This document shows positions 1 through 8,983 of a stretch of DNA of 40,245 nt, piece after piece. Positions within the stretch are counted from its first letter, which is position 1; each line of letters begins with the position of its first letter. The translations under genes and the position numbers were made by a program. The DNA is from Verrucomicrobiota bacterium (GTDB lineage: Bacteria > Verrucomicrobiota > Verrucomicrobiia > Limisphaerales > CAIQOK01). The notes beneath the pieces are model-generated. The model was not told where the DNA came from. It ran no database searches and worked only from the letters and a program-made list of their open reading frames with translations. The stretch is taken from positions 1 to 40,245 of the forward strand of contig JANYDP010000304.1 of the NCBI GenBank assembly GCA_025363535.1. Reading direction: 5' to 3'.

Positions 1-344
1 GGCGAGGCAAACGCCGTGGCCAGGGAGATCCGCACCAGCTCGCGGTTCTCGCCGAAGTAATCGAACAGGCTGGTCAGCACTTCGATGAGCTGCGCCCGGA
101 GTCCGCTGGCGCGCCCCGCCGCCTCCTTCATCAGCTCCAGCTTCTTGTCGTGCGATTCGCTCACCAGCGCCTGAAACAATCCCGCTTTGTCCTTGAAGTA
201 ATAATACAGCGCGGGCTTGGACACCTTGGCGTCGCTCACGATCTGCTGCACGGACGCGGCGGCGTAGCCGCTGTGGGCAAAGCACTTCACCGCCGCGCGC
301 AGAATCTGCGCCCGGGTCTCGCTGGTGTTTGCGGCTTTGGTCAT
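1..344 (-). CDS. TetR/AcrR-family transcriptional regulator, N-terminal ~114 aa only (rest lies beyond the window start)
   Basis: My own minus-strand translation from the ATG at 344: MTKAANTSETRAQILRAAVKCFAHSGYAAASVQQIVSDAKVSKPALYYYFKDKAGLFQALV... This is a canonical TetR HTH (VSKxxLYYYFxxK). It is absent from the ORF track because it runs off the window. Confidence 0.85.
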   Translation of the reverse strand, partial: MTKAANTSETRAQILRAAVKCFAHSGYAAASVQQIVSDAKVSKPALYYYFKDKAGLFQALVSESHDKKLELMKEAAGRASGLRAQLIEVLTSLFDYFGENRELVRISLATAFAS

Positions 345-345
345 G

Positions 346-363
346 ACCTACCGAACGGTAGGT
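346..363. promoter_or_regulatory. Perfect 18-bp palindrome ACCTACCG-AA-CGGTAGGT, candidate TetR operator
   Basis: 8-bp perfect inverted arms lie 2 nt upstream of the TetR start codon, in the divergent region shared with the liv operon. This is the typical geometry of an autoregulatory TetR operator. Confidence 0.4.
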
Positions 364-563
364 AGTCTGGCTGGAACTGTCAAATAATTTTTTGAAAGCC
401 GGGGCCGCCCCGCCGCGCTCCCGTCTGGTTGTGCTCAGGGGCCATGGCCAAGCCACCCTGGCCCGCCTGCCACCCCCGCATTGGAGATTGAAACCGGCGG
501 CGCAGTCTTTTACGGTGGCGTTGGTTGTCAGCAGAAAACAAATCTTTGAACCCGGCTAATTTT

Positions 564-1724
564 ATGATCAGCAGACTTAAACAAATTATCGGCGTGGTCG
601 GCGCGGCCGCCCTCCTCGTTTTTACCGGCTGCAAGCCGTCCGGCGACAACGCGAATGCCACCACCATCAAGGTCGGCGAGTTCGCCTCGCTCACCGGCAG
701 CGAGGCGTCGTTTGGCCGCTCCTCGCACAACGGCACGCTGCTCGCCATCGAGGACATCAACGCTGCCGGCGGCGCGCTCGGAAAAAAGTTTGAGCTGCTT
801 TACGAGGACGACCAGTCGAAGGACGGCGAGTCCGCCACCGCAGTGAAGAAGCTCATCTCGCGCGACAAGGTGGTGGCCATCCTCGGCGAAGTCGCCTCCG
901 GCCGCTCGCTCGAAGCCGCGCCGATCTGCCAGCAGTTCAAGATTCCGCAAATTTCCCCCTCCTCCACCAACCCCAAAGTCACGCAGATGGGCGATTATAT
1001 TTTCCGCGTCTGCTTCGAGGACAGGTTTCAAGGCGGCGTGGTGCTGGCCAAATTCGCCCTGCAAAGTTTGAAGGCCAAGCACGTTGCCATTCTCACGGAC
1101 GTGAGCGCGCCTTACAGCGCCGGGCTGACAACCTATTTCAAGGAACAGTTCATCGCCGGTGGCGGCACCGTGGTGGCCGAGCAAAAATTCACCAAGGATG
1201 ACAAGGATTTTAAGGCGCAGCTCACCGCGATCAAGAGCCTGAATCCCGATGCGATCTTCCTGCCCATCTATTACGGTCCGGCCACGCTGATCGCCTTGCA
1301 GGCGCGCGAACTCGGTTTCACCGTGCCGCTGTTTGGCGGGGACGGCTGGGAAGCGCCGGAACTGGTGCAAGGCCCGGGCGCGGCGGCGGCGCTCGAAGGA
1401 TGTTTCTTTTCCACCCACTTCGCGCCCGACCAAGATTCACCCGAAGCCAAGGCATTCGTGAAAAAATATGAGGCCAAGTTCAGCGCAACGCCCGACGCGA
1501 TGGCCGCGCTCGGTTACGATTCTGCGCTCGTGCTGGCCGACGCCATCAAACGCGCCGGTTCCACCGAAGGCTCGAAAATCCGCGCCGCCCTCGCCGCCAC
1601 CAAAGATTTCGACGGTGCCACCGGCAAGATGACGCTGGATGAAAATCGCAACGCCCGCAAGCCGGCGGTGATCCTCGAAATCAAGGGCGGGAAATTCGTC
1701 TATCGCGAAACGGTAAATCCGTGA
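564..1724 (+). CDS. Branched-chain amino acid ABC transporter substrate-binding lipoprotein (LivJ/LivK family)
   Basis: ORF 525..1724. The ATG at 564 gives MISRLKQIIGVVGAAALLVFTGC, a lipobox signal. The body is a type-I periplasmic binding fold typical of Leu/Ile/Val binders (IKVGEFASLTG..., GYDSALVLADAIKRAG). It is followed by livHMGF. Confidence 0.9.
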   Translation: MISRLKQIIGVVGAAALLVFTGCKPSGDNANATTIKVGEFASLTGSEASFGRSSHNGTLLAIEDINAAGGALGKKFELLYEDDQSKDGESATAVKKLISRDKVVAILGEVASGRSLEAAPICQQFKIPQISPSSTNPKVTQMGDYIFRVCFEDRFQGGVVLAKFALQSLKAKHVAILTDVSAPYSAGLTTYFKEQFIAGGGTVVAEQKFTKDDKDFKAQLTAIKSLNPDAIFLPIYYGPATLIALQARELGFTVPLFGGDGWEAPELVQGPGAAAALEGCFFSTHFAPDQDSPEAKAFVKKYEAKFSATPDAMAALGYDSALVLADAIKRAGSTEGSKIRAALAATKDFDGATGKMTLDENRNARKPAVILEIKGGKFVYRETVNP

Positions 1725-2611
1725 CCGAATTTTTCCAACAGCTCATCAACGGCCTGTCCGTCGGCGCGATGTATGCCCTGATCGCCCTGGGCTACACGCT
1801 GGTCTATGGTGTGTTGCGATTCATCAACTTCGCGCACTGCGATGTCTTCATGGTCGGAGCTTTCGCCGGGATGTACATCGGGCGCGGCTTCACCCAGACC
1901 ACGATTGGCGGCGGCCTCGTGGTGATGATCGGCGCGATGGTGGTCTGCGCCGCGCTGGGTATTCTGATCGAGCGTTTTGCCTACCGGCCATTGCGCAGCC
2001 GTTCCAAACTCACCGTGCTCATCACCGCCATCGGCATTTCGCTGCTGCTCGAAAACGCCGGCCAGCTTGTCTTTGGAACCAACCCGCAGTCCTTCCCCGA
2101 CATTTTTCCCGCGCACAAATTCGAGTTCGGCGAGCTCGTGATTTCCAGCAAAGATCTCGTCGTGCTGGCGGTCGCCGTCACGCTGCTCTGCGCGCTGCAA
2201 TTTCTCGTGCATAAAACCAAAGTCGGCACGGCCATGCGCGCGGTGTCGTTCAATCCGCAGGCCGCCGCGCTGATGGGCGTGAACTTGAACCACCTGGTCA
2301 GCTTCACGTTTGGCCTTGGCTCGGCGCTCGCGGCGGCGGCGGGAATTTTGTGGGCCTACAAGTTTCCGAAAATTGATCCGCTCATGGGCGTGACGCCCGG
2401 CCTCACCGCGTTTGTCGCCGCCGTCATCGGCGGCATCGGCAACATTCCCGGCGCGGCGCTCGGCGGGTTGCTGATTGGCGTCATCGAAACCTTTGTCAAA
2501 GGCAGCCGCTGGTCCACCTGGACGGAAGCCATCGCGTTCGTGCTGCTGATTTTGATTCTGTTGTTCCGCCCCGCCGGCCTGCTGGGCAAACTTCAACCGG
2601 AGAAAGTCTGA
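1721..2611 (+). CDS. livH: Branched-chain amino acid ABC transporter permease (LivH type)
   Basis: 296-aa polytopic membrane protein beginning MTEFFQQLINGLSVGAMYALIALGYTLVYG, the LivH signature N-terminus. GTGA start/stop overlap with the upstream gene. Confidence 0.9.
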   Translation: MTEFFQQLINGLSVGAMYALIALGYTLVYGVLRFINFAHCDVFMVGAFAGMYIGRGFTQTTIGGGLVVMIGAMVVCAALGILIERFAYRPLRSRSKLTVLITAIGISLLLENAGQLVFGTNPQSFPDIFPAHKFEFGELVISSKDLVVLAVAVTLLCALQFLVHKTKVGTAMRAVSFNPQAAALMGVNLNHLVSFTFGLGSALAAAAGILWAYKFPKIDPLMGVTPGLTAFVAAVIGGIGNIPGAALGGLLIGVIETFVKGSRWSTWTEAIAFVLLILILLFRPAGLLGKLQPEKV

Positions 2612-3588
2612 TGCTGCTGGCGCGCCCCCGCATCTCCCTGCTCGTCGCGCTCGTCGCGAGCATTTTGCTGGGAATTTTTCAAAATCAAATTGACCCGTAC
2701 TTCGTGGATGTGCTGACTCGCATCGGCATCAACATCACGCTCGCCGTCAGCCTCAACCTCATCAACGGCCACACCGGCCAATTCTCCCTCGGTCACGCCG
2801 GCTTCATGGCCGTGGGCGCCTACACGGCGGCGGCCATGACGATGTTTGCCGCGCCGCATGTTATTCCCGCGACTGCACCGGCCATAGTTTCCATGCTGTG
2901 GTTTTTGCTCGCGCTGCTGGCGGGCGGCTTGGTGGCGGCGGCCGCCGGCCTTCTCGTTGGTGCGCCGTCGCTGCGGCTCAAGGGCGATTACCTTGCCATC
3001 GTCACGCTCGGCTTCGGCCAGATCATCGCCGTGGTGTTCCGCAACATCGAACCGCTCGGCGGCGCGCTCGGACTCAACGGCATCGCGGCTTACACCAATT
3101 TGTTCTGGGTCTTCACTGCCGCGACGCTGGCGGTCTATGTCGTCACCGCGATGGTCAACAGCACTTACGGACGCGGCTTCCTCGCGACGCACGATGACGA
3201 AGTGGCCGCCGAAGCGATGGGCATCAACACCACGCGCTACAAGATTGTCGCGTTTGTCATCGGAGCCTTTTTCGCCGGCGTTGCGGGTGGGCTATATGGA
3301 CATTTCACGCTGACGATCAATCCCAAGGGCTTTGACTTCAACCGCAGCATTGAAATTGTCGTCATGGTCATCGTCGGCGGGATGGGGCGGACGGGCGGCG
3401 TGATTCTGGCGGCGGTGCTGCTCACGCTGTTGCCGGAGGGATTGCGCACGCTGACAGGAGTCTCACCGTCGCTGCGGTGGATCGGGGAATCACGCCCGCT
3501 GCTTTACTCCATCCTACTGATTGGCCTGATGCTGCTGCGGCCACAGGGACTGTTTTATTTCCGCAAAGCTTCGCGACCCCGCACATGA
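2611..3588 (+). CDS. livM: Branched-chain amino acid ABC transporter permease (LivM type)
   Basis: 325-aa membrane protein with LNLINGHTGQFSLGHAGFMAVGAY and GDYLAIVTLGF motifs. ATGA-type overlaps with both neighbours. Confidence 0.9.
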   Translation: MLLARPRISLLVALVASILLGIFQNQIDPYFVDVLTRIGINITLAVSLNLINGHTGQFSLGHAGFMAVGAYTAAAMTMFAAPHVIPATAPAIVSMLWFLLALLAGGLVAAAAGLLVGAPSLRLKGDYLAIVTLGFGQIIAVVFRNIEPLGGALGLNGIAAYTNLFWVFTAATLAVYVVTAMVNSTYGRGFLATHDDEVAAEAMGINTTRYKIVAFVIGAFFAGVAGGLYGHFTLTINPKGFDFNRSIEIVVMVIVGGMGRTGGVILAAVLLTLLPEGLRTLTGVSPSLRWIGESRPLLYSILLIGLMLLRPQGLFYFRKASRPRT

Positions 3589-4349
3589 GCGCACCCCTGC
3601 TGCAACTGGACGAGGTCACGATCCGTTTCGGCGGATTGACGGCGGTGTCGTCCGTGAGCTTGCAGATCGGGGAAGGTGAACTCGTGGGCCTCATTGGCCC
3701 GAACGGCGCGGGGAAGACCACGGCGTTCAATCTCATCACCGGCGTCTATCAACCCACCGGCGGCGTGATTTCGTTTGCGGGAAAAAACACCGCGAGCCTG
3801 AAACCGCATCGGCTCGCCCGGCTTGGCATTGCGCGGACGTTTCAGAACATCCGCCTGTTCGCGAGTATGAGCGTGTTCGACAATGTGCGCACCGCCGTCC
3901 AGTTGCATCGCCCCCACGGCGTGCGCAACGCCCTCTGGCGCGGAAAGGGTTTTCGCGACGGGGAGGCGGCGGTAGCTAGGCAGGTGATGGAACTGCTGGA
4001 GATCTTTCACCTCGGTAAATTCCGCGACGAACCGGCGAAGAGCCTGCCGTACGGCGAACAGCGGCGGTTGGAAATCGTCCGCGCGCTGGCCACGCAGCCC
4101 AAGCTGCTGCTGCTGGACGAACCCGCCGCCGGGATGAACCCGACGGAGAAGGCCGAGCTGACGAAGCTGATCCGCTTCGTGAAGGAGAAGTTTAAGATCT
4201 CCGTGCTGCTCGTCGAACACGACATGCAGGTGGTCATGGGCATCTGCGAACGGATCGTGGTGCTGGATTACGGCGTGAAGATCGCCGAAGGTGCGCCGGA
4301 GGAAATTCGCAAGAATCCGGCGGTGATTGCGGCCTATCTCGGTGAATGA
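3585..4349 (+). CDS. livG: Branched-chain amino acid ABC transporter ATP-binding protein (LivG type)
   Basis: The ATG at 3585 overlaps the livM stop (ATGA). Walker A GPNGAGKTT, signature LPYGEQRRLEI, Walker B LLLLDEP, C-terminal NPAVIAAYLG. The longer ORF-track start at 3477 is rejected. Confidence 0.92.
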   Translation: MSAPLLQLDEVTIRFGGLTAVSSVSLQIGEGELVGLIGPNGAGKTTAFNLITGVYQPTGGVISFAGKNTASLKPHRLARLGIARTFQNIRLFASMSVFDNVRTAVQLHRPHGVRNALWRGKGFRDGEAAVARQVMELLEIFHLGKFRDEPAKSLPYGEQRRLEIVRALATQPKLLLLDEPAAGMNPTEKAELTKLIRFVKEKFKISVLLVEHDMQVVMGICERIVVLDYGVKIAEGAPEEIRKNPAVIAAYLGE

Positions 4350-4355
4350 ACAACT

Positions 4356-4419
4356 TGATTTACGATTTACGATTTACGCGGTCGCCGGCCTTCGTTTGCG
4401 GTTCGTAAATCGTAAATCA
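4356..4419. repeat. Heptamer-tandem inverted repeat hairpin: (GATTTAC)x3, 26-nt spacer, (CGTAAAT)x2
   Basis: GATTTAC copies at 4357-4363, 4364-4370 and 4371-4377. Complementary CGTAAAT copies at 4404-4410 and 4411-4417. This gives a 15-bp perfect stem in the livG-livF gap, ending 11 nt before the livF ATG. Confidence 0.85.
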
Positions 4420-4430
4420 AAAACACCCGG

Positions 4431-5138
4431 ATGTTAGAACTTAAAAATCTCGCGGTCAGCTACGGGGCCATCCACGCGCTGCACGGCATCTCCCTGGCCG
4501 TGCCGGCGGGCGGCATCGTCACCCTGATCGGCAGCAACGGTGCGGGGAAGAGCACCACGCTGCGCACCATCTCCGGGTTGGTGAAGCCGCTGTCCGGGGA
4601 AATTCTCTACGAGGGCCGGAACATCGCGGGGTTGCCGCCGCATGAGATCGTGAAGCGCGGACTCTCGCAGGTGCCGGAAGGCCGGATGATCTTTGCGAAC
4701 CTCACCGTTCACGAGAACCTGATGATGGGCGCGTATCTCCAGCACGACAAAGCGGTGATCCGTCAGGAACTGGCGCTGGTCTTCGCCACGTTCCCGCGTT
4801 TGCAGGAACGCGAGCAGCAGGTGGCCGGGACGCTCTCCGGCGGCGAACAACAGATGCTGGCGATTGGTCGCGCGCTGATGAGCCGGCCCAAGTTCCTGAT
4901 GCTGGACGAGCCGTCGCTCGGGATTGCGCCGCTGCTGGTGAAGACGATTTTTGAAAAGATCGTGGAGATCAACCGCGAGCGGGGCATCACCATCCTGCTC
5001 GTGGAGCAGAACGCCAACCGGGCGCTGGAGATTTCCCAGTTCGGCTACGTGCTGGAAACCGGCCGCATCATCTTGTCCGACACCTCCGCCGCGTTGCGCC
5101 AGAATCCGCAGGTGCGGAGCGCGTACCTGGGCGGGTAA
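4431..5138 (+). CDS. livF: Branched-chain amino acid ABC transporter ATP-binding protein (LivF type)
   Basis: 235 aa. Walker A GSNGAGKST, signature LSGGEQQMLAI, Walker B FLMLDEPS, C-terminal NPQVRSAYLGG. Confidence 0.92.
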   Translation: MLELKNLAVSYGAIHALHGISLAVPAGGIVTLIGSNGAGKSTTLRTISGLVKPLSGEILYEGRNIAGLPPHEIVKRGLSQVPEGRMIFANLTVHENLMMGAYLQHDKAVIRQELALVFATFPRLQEREQQVAGTLSGGEQQMLAIGRALMSRPKFLMLDEPSLGIAPLLVKTIFEKIVEINRERGITILLVEQNANRALEISQFGYVLETGRIILSDTSAALRQNPQVRSAYLGG

Positions 5139-5340
5139 GGAGCGGACGGGATGGTTTTTGCCCGCGTCAACCGAAGTCCCCGCTGCCCGCCTGAGCCGAA
5201 TGTGCCGGCACCTGCGCGTCTGGGTGGCAACACCGCGCGGCGGTGTCCCCGTCCGCAGCGCGGCACTGAAACGCCGGGCGATTTTCGATGACTGAAGCTG
5301 GGTGCGGCATGGCGACCGCCCCGCCCCGGTACCGCTCGCT

Positions 5341-6681
5341 TCAAATCACCGTCCCATGCGGTACCACGCCGTTCTTGGGGATGATGACGATGCCGTCACG
5401 GATGAAGTAGAGTTCGTGGTCCACGTTCTCCGGCTTGCCGGCGGGGGAGATGACGACGTTGTTCCCGATGCGGGCGTTCTTGTCAATGATGGCGTTCTCG
5501 ATGCGCGCGTTGCTGCCGATGCCGATGCGGGGGCGTCCGGCTTTCTCGTTGATGGCGATGGAGGCGGCGGATTCGTAGTAGTCGCAGCCCAGCCCGACGA
5601 CGCGGTGCAGGCTGGTGCCCGCGCCCACCTGCGTGCGCAGGCCCATGATGCATTGGCGGATGGCGCAGTGGTTGAGGATGCAGCCGTCGGAGATGACGGC
5701 GTGGTCAATCTGCGCGCCGTTGATCTTGGAACCCGGCAGGAAGCGCGGGCGGCTGAAGATGGGCGCGCCCATGTCGAAGAAGTTGAAGCGGGGCAGCTCG
5801 GCGGTGGCGTCGAGGTTGGCCTCGAAGAAGGAGCGGATGGTGCCGACGTCCTCCCAGTAACCCTGGAAGACGTAGGAGAAGACGCGGTGGGTCGTGATGG
5901 CGTCGGGAATGATGTGCTTGCCGAAATCGGTTTGGGTGTTGTCGAGCAGCTTGCAGATGACTTCGCGGTTGAAGACGTAGATGCCCATGGAGGCGAGGAA
6001 GAGTTCGCGGTCGTCGTTGATGCCGAGCTTGGAGTGCCAGTCTTTGGGGAGCTTAAGGGTGTCCTGCACGGCCGGGTCTTTCGGCTTTTCCACGAAGCGG
6101 GTGATGCGGCGCTCCTCGTTGATCTGCATGATGCCGAGGGACTGCGCGTCGTTGCGGAGGACGGGGATGGTGGCGATGGTGATGTCCGCCTTGCTCTCGA
6201 CGTGCTGGTCCACGATCTGGCTGAAGTCCATCCGGTAGAGCTGGTCGCCGCTGAGGATGAGCAGGTAGTCCCAGTCGTTGTTGAGAAAGTGCGCAAGGTT
6301 TTTGCGGACGGCGTCGGCGGTGCCCTGATACCAGGTGGTGTCGGTGAAGGTCTGCTCGGCGGCGAGGATTTCCACGAAGCCGCCGGAGAAATGATCGAAC
6401 TTGTAGGACTGGGAAATGTGGCGGTGAAGCGACGCGGAGTTGAACTGCGTGAGCACATAGACGCGGCGCAGGTCGGAGTTGATGCAGTTGGAGATGGGAA
6501 TGTCCACGAGGCGGTACTTGCCGGCGAGCGGCACGGCGGGCTTGGCGCGCTCCTTGGTGAGCGGAAACAACCGCGTGCCCGCGCCGCCGCCCATGACGAC
6601 GGACAGCACGTTGCTGGTATTGATGGATTGCCGTCCGGTCTGGGACATGAATTTTTTGGGTTGGAGTTCCGGTTTTGACAT
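5341..6681 (-). CDS. glgC: Glucose-1-phosphate adenylyltransferase
   Basis: 446 aa with [42 protein letters not shown] (GlgC N-terminal signature) and a C-terminal left-handed beta-helix repeat. The start could alternatively be the second Met, at 6648. Confidence 0.93.
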   Translation of the reverse strand: MSKPELQPKKFMSQTGRQSINTSNVLSVVMGGGAGTRLFPLTKERAKPAVPLAGKYRLVDIPISNCINSDLRRVYVLTQFNSASLHRHISQSYKFDHFSGGFVEILAAEQTFTDTTWYQGTADAVRKNLAHFLNNDWDYLLILSGDQLYRMDFSQIVDQHVESKADITIATIPVLRNDAQSLGIMQINEERRITRFVEKPKDPAVQDTLKLPKDWHSKLGINDDRELFLASMGIYVFNREVICKLLDNTQTDFGKHIIPDAITTHRVFSYVFQGYWEDVGTIRSFFEANLDATAELPRFNFFDMGAPIFSRPRFLPGSKINGAQIDHAVISDGCILNHCAIRQCIMGLRTQVGAGTSLHRVVGLGCDYYESAASIAINEKAGRPRIGIGSNARIENAIIDKNARIGNNVVISPAGKPENVDHELYFIRDGIVIIPKNGVVPHGTVI

Positions 6682-6872
6682 AATTTTTATTTTGTCGAGG
6701 TTGTGGCGGAGTTATACGCCCGCGAAAGTGGGCATGGCAAGCGGTAAAAAGTTTTTTGTCCGGCGAGATCGGGTCACGCGCAAATAGTGCGGATGCATCA
6801 AGTCTGAACTGCGGGCGGGAGAGAGAAAGGCGTGCCATTGCCAAAGTGACTGGGTGATGTTACCTGTTGCCC

Positions 6873-8180
6873 ATGTCTCCGTTCGAACCAGGGAACACGC
6901 TCACATTTTGGAACCGCCGCCGCATTTGTTTGGCCGCGGCTCTGGCCGTGGCTCTGACGGGGCCGGCACCGGCGCGCGCGGTGATGACTAATCTGGTGAC
7001 GAGCTTGGAGGATTCCGGTCCGGGTTCGTTGCGCCAGGTGATGGGCGATTCAAATCCGGGCGACTTCGTAAGGATCCGCACCAACGGCATCATTCACCTG
7101 ACCAGCGGCGAAATTGTCATCACCAACAACTTTAATCTCGGCGGGTTGGGCGCGACGAATCTGGTCATCAGCGGTAGCAACACCAGCCGCGTGTTCAATG
7201 TTTCCGTCGGAGTCACCGGCACCATCGCCGGCCTGACGATTCGTGATGGCCGGGCCGGAGATGGAATGACCAACAGCCTCGTCAGTGACAGTGGCGCTGA
7301 CGGTGGCGGTTTATACAACGCGGGCAACTTGACAATGAACCGGTGCATCTTCACCGCCAACCGCAGCGGCAATGGCGGCGACGGAGTCGTGGGAACCAAT
7401 GGTCCCGGCAATGTGGGCGGCAGCGGTGGTGCCGGCGGTTCGGGCGGCGCGGGTGGTGCGATCTTTAACCGGGGTACTTTGATCCTGCTGGATTGCGCTG
7501 TCCTCACCAACGCCGGCGGGTTTGGCGGCAATGGAGCGAGTGGAGCTTTCGGCCCTGGTCCGCTACAGGGTCGGACGAACGGGACGGGCGGATTGGGTGG
7601 TGCTGGCGGAGCGGGCGGGGGAATTTTCAACAGCGGCACGCTCGTGATCGAGCGCTGTTTGTTCAGTGGCAATTTGGCGGGTTATGGAGGCGTTGGTGGT
7701 GACAGGGGCGGAGGTTCGGGCGGTTCTGGCGGCGGCGGTGGTGGCATTTGGAACCAGGGCGGCGCGGTGACCATTGCGACTTGCACGTTCAGCGGCAATT
7801 TTTGCGGGGCTGGGAATAGAGGTGGCTTTGAAGGCAGTTCTCCCTTGTGGCTTCTGGCCGGCAACGGCGGTGTCGGAGGCAGTGGAGGAGGTATTGGCAA
7901 TCAACGAGGAACGCTTCTCATTGCCAACTCTGCATTCAACAACAATGGCACCGGTATTGGTGGTGGCGGCGGAGTTGGCGGAATGTCCGGTGGCGGACCG
8001 GGCCGTGGCGGAGATGGTGGAAATGGTGCGGGTTTATGGAATGACCAAGGGAACATGACCGTGATTCTTTGCACCATCAGCAGCAATCTTTGCAGTGCGG
8101 GCGGTGCGGCAATTGGAATTATGGCCCCGCCGGGGTCGGTGGAAGCGGTGGCGGCATTGGGAATCGAGCAGGAAGCCTAA
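6873..8180 (+). CDS. Secreted Gly-rich beta-helix / polymorphic-membrane-protein-repeat protein, N-terminal part (frame broken near 8100)
   Basis: Signal peptide MSPFEPGNTLTFWNRRRICLAAALAVALTGPAPARA, then a CSLREA-like GPGSLRQVM motif. Repeats of GGxI(F/W/Y)NxGxLxxxxCxFxxNxxGxGG follow (GGAIFNRGTLILLDCAV, GGGIFNSGTLVIERCLF, GGGIWNQGGAVTIATCTF ...). The last ~25 codons before the stop at 8180 lose the repeat pattern. Confidence 0.8.
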   Translation: MSPFEPGNTLTFWNRRRICLAAALAVALTGPAPARAVMTNLVTSLEDSGPGSLRQVMGDSNPGDFVRIRTNGIIHLTSGEIVITNNFNLGGLGATNLVISGSNTSRVFNVSVGVTGTIAGLTIRDGRAGDGMTNSLVSDSGADGGGLYNAGNLTMNRCIFTANRSGNGGDGVVGTNGPGNVGGSGGAGGSGGAGGAIFNRGTLILLDCAVLTNAGGFGGNGASGAFGPGPLQGRTNGTGGLGGAGGAGGGIFNSGTLVIERCLFSGNLAGYGGVGGDRGGGSGGSGGGGGGIWNQGGAVTIATCTFSGNFCGAGNRGGFEGSSPLWLLAGNGGVGGSGGGIGNQRGTLLIANSAFNNNGTGIGGGGGVGGMSGGGPGRGGDGGNGAGLWNDQGNMTVILCTISSNLCSAGGAAIGIMAPPGSVEAVAALGIEQEA

Positions 8181-8959
8181 CTGTTACGGCAAGCACGTTG
8201 AACGGGAATGCCTGCGGAAATGGCGGGCAAGTCGGAGGTGAAATCGAGTACCAATCGCTGGCGACGGCAGCGGGGGGCTCAGGTGGAGGTATGGCGGCTC
8301 CATTCAGCAGCAATTCGGTTGTGATTCTTCAAAACACGCTGACTGCCCAGAATGCGAGCGGCAGACAGATTGATTGCTGTTACCCTTACCATACCAATTC
8401 CGCTCCCGGTCGCGACGTTGCCGGCGCGTTCACCTCGTACGGTTACAACTTGATTGGTGTGGGTGATGCCAGCAGCGGCTTGGTGAATGCAACCAACGGC
8501 GACCTCGTTGGCACCACCAACGCGCCCGTCATCCCGTGGCTCGGCCCGCTTCAGGACAACGGCGGTCCGACGTTGACCCACGCTTTACTCGCAGGCAGCC
8601 CGGCGATTGATGCCGGAACTAACAGCGGCCTGGCGTTCGATCAGCGCGGCCAGCCGCGCACGATTGACAATCCCGCCGTCCTGAACGGGGCCGGCAGTGA
8701 TGGAACGGACATCGGTGCCTTGGAAGTGAATCACGTTCTGACCGCCACGGACGTGCGCAGGATTGGCAACGACATTCTGGTGAGATTCACATCCGTCTCG
8801 GACAAAACTTATGGCGTAGAATATAGATCGGAAATTTATGGAGCCGTGTGGATTCGTGTTCCCATCACCATAGCCGGCACTGGTGGTTTGGTCACCTACA
8901 CCGATGCCGACGCGGGACTGTTGCCGCGCCGCTTCTATCGCCTGTCCGAGTTGCCGTAA
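8069..8959 (+). CDS. C-terminal part of the same beta-helix surface protein (choice-of-anchor-Q-like region plus C-terminal beta-sandwich), in the -1 frame
   Basis: The repeat pattern resumes in this frame from about 8109 (GNWNYGPAGVGGSGGGIGNRAGSLTVTASTLNGNACGNGG). Then comes GYNLIGVGD...PWLGPLQDNGGPTLTHALLAGSPAIDAG...DQRGQPR, and the protein ends ...RRFYRLSELP. The ORF-track TTG start at 8069 is probably not a real start. Confidence 0.75.
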   Translation: MHHQQQSLQCGRCGNWNYGPAGVGGSGGGIGNRAGSLTVTASTLNGNACGNGGQVGGEIEYQSLATAAGGSGGGMAAPFSSNSVVILQNTLTAQNASGRQIDCCYPYHTNSAPGRDVAGAFTSYGYNLIGVGDASSGLVNATNGDLVGTTNAPVIPWLGPLQDNGGPTLTHALLAGSPAIDAGTNSGLAFDQRGQPRTIDNPAVLNGAGSDGTDIGALEVNHVLTATDVRRIGNDILVRFTSVSDKTYGVEYRSEIYGAVWIRVPITIAGTGGLVTYTDADAGLLPRRFYRLSELP

Positions 8960-8983
8960 AAATTTACTCATTTGCGGCAGGCT

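Noticed and set aside
4356-4419. Whether the short tandem repeats (here and at 11671, 25647, 36554) are mini-CRISPR arrays
   Set aside because: The units are 7 nt with no unique spacers. The two halves are reverse complements forming one hairpin. No cas genes are present.
5139-5340. Convergent livF/glgC spacer: 10-nt inverted repeat GCGGACGGGA ... TCCCCGTCCGC about 95 nt apart, and a 7-bp hairpin ACACCGC-gcg-GCGGTGT
   Set aside because: No U-tract, long loop, and GC-rich background make chance complementarity likely. Not called as a terminator.
5302-6678. 458-aa plus-strand ORF (with further overlapping ORFs) antisense to glgC
   Set aside because: Ala/Gly/Asp/Val-rich shadow ORF typical of high-GC DNA. 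The opposite strand encodes an unmistakable GlgC.
7094-7904. Pro-rich minus-strand ORFs (192, 113 and 72 aa) inside the Gly-rich gene
   Set aside because: CCN runs are just the reverse complement of the GGN repeats in the beta-helix protein gene.
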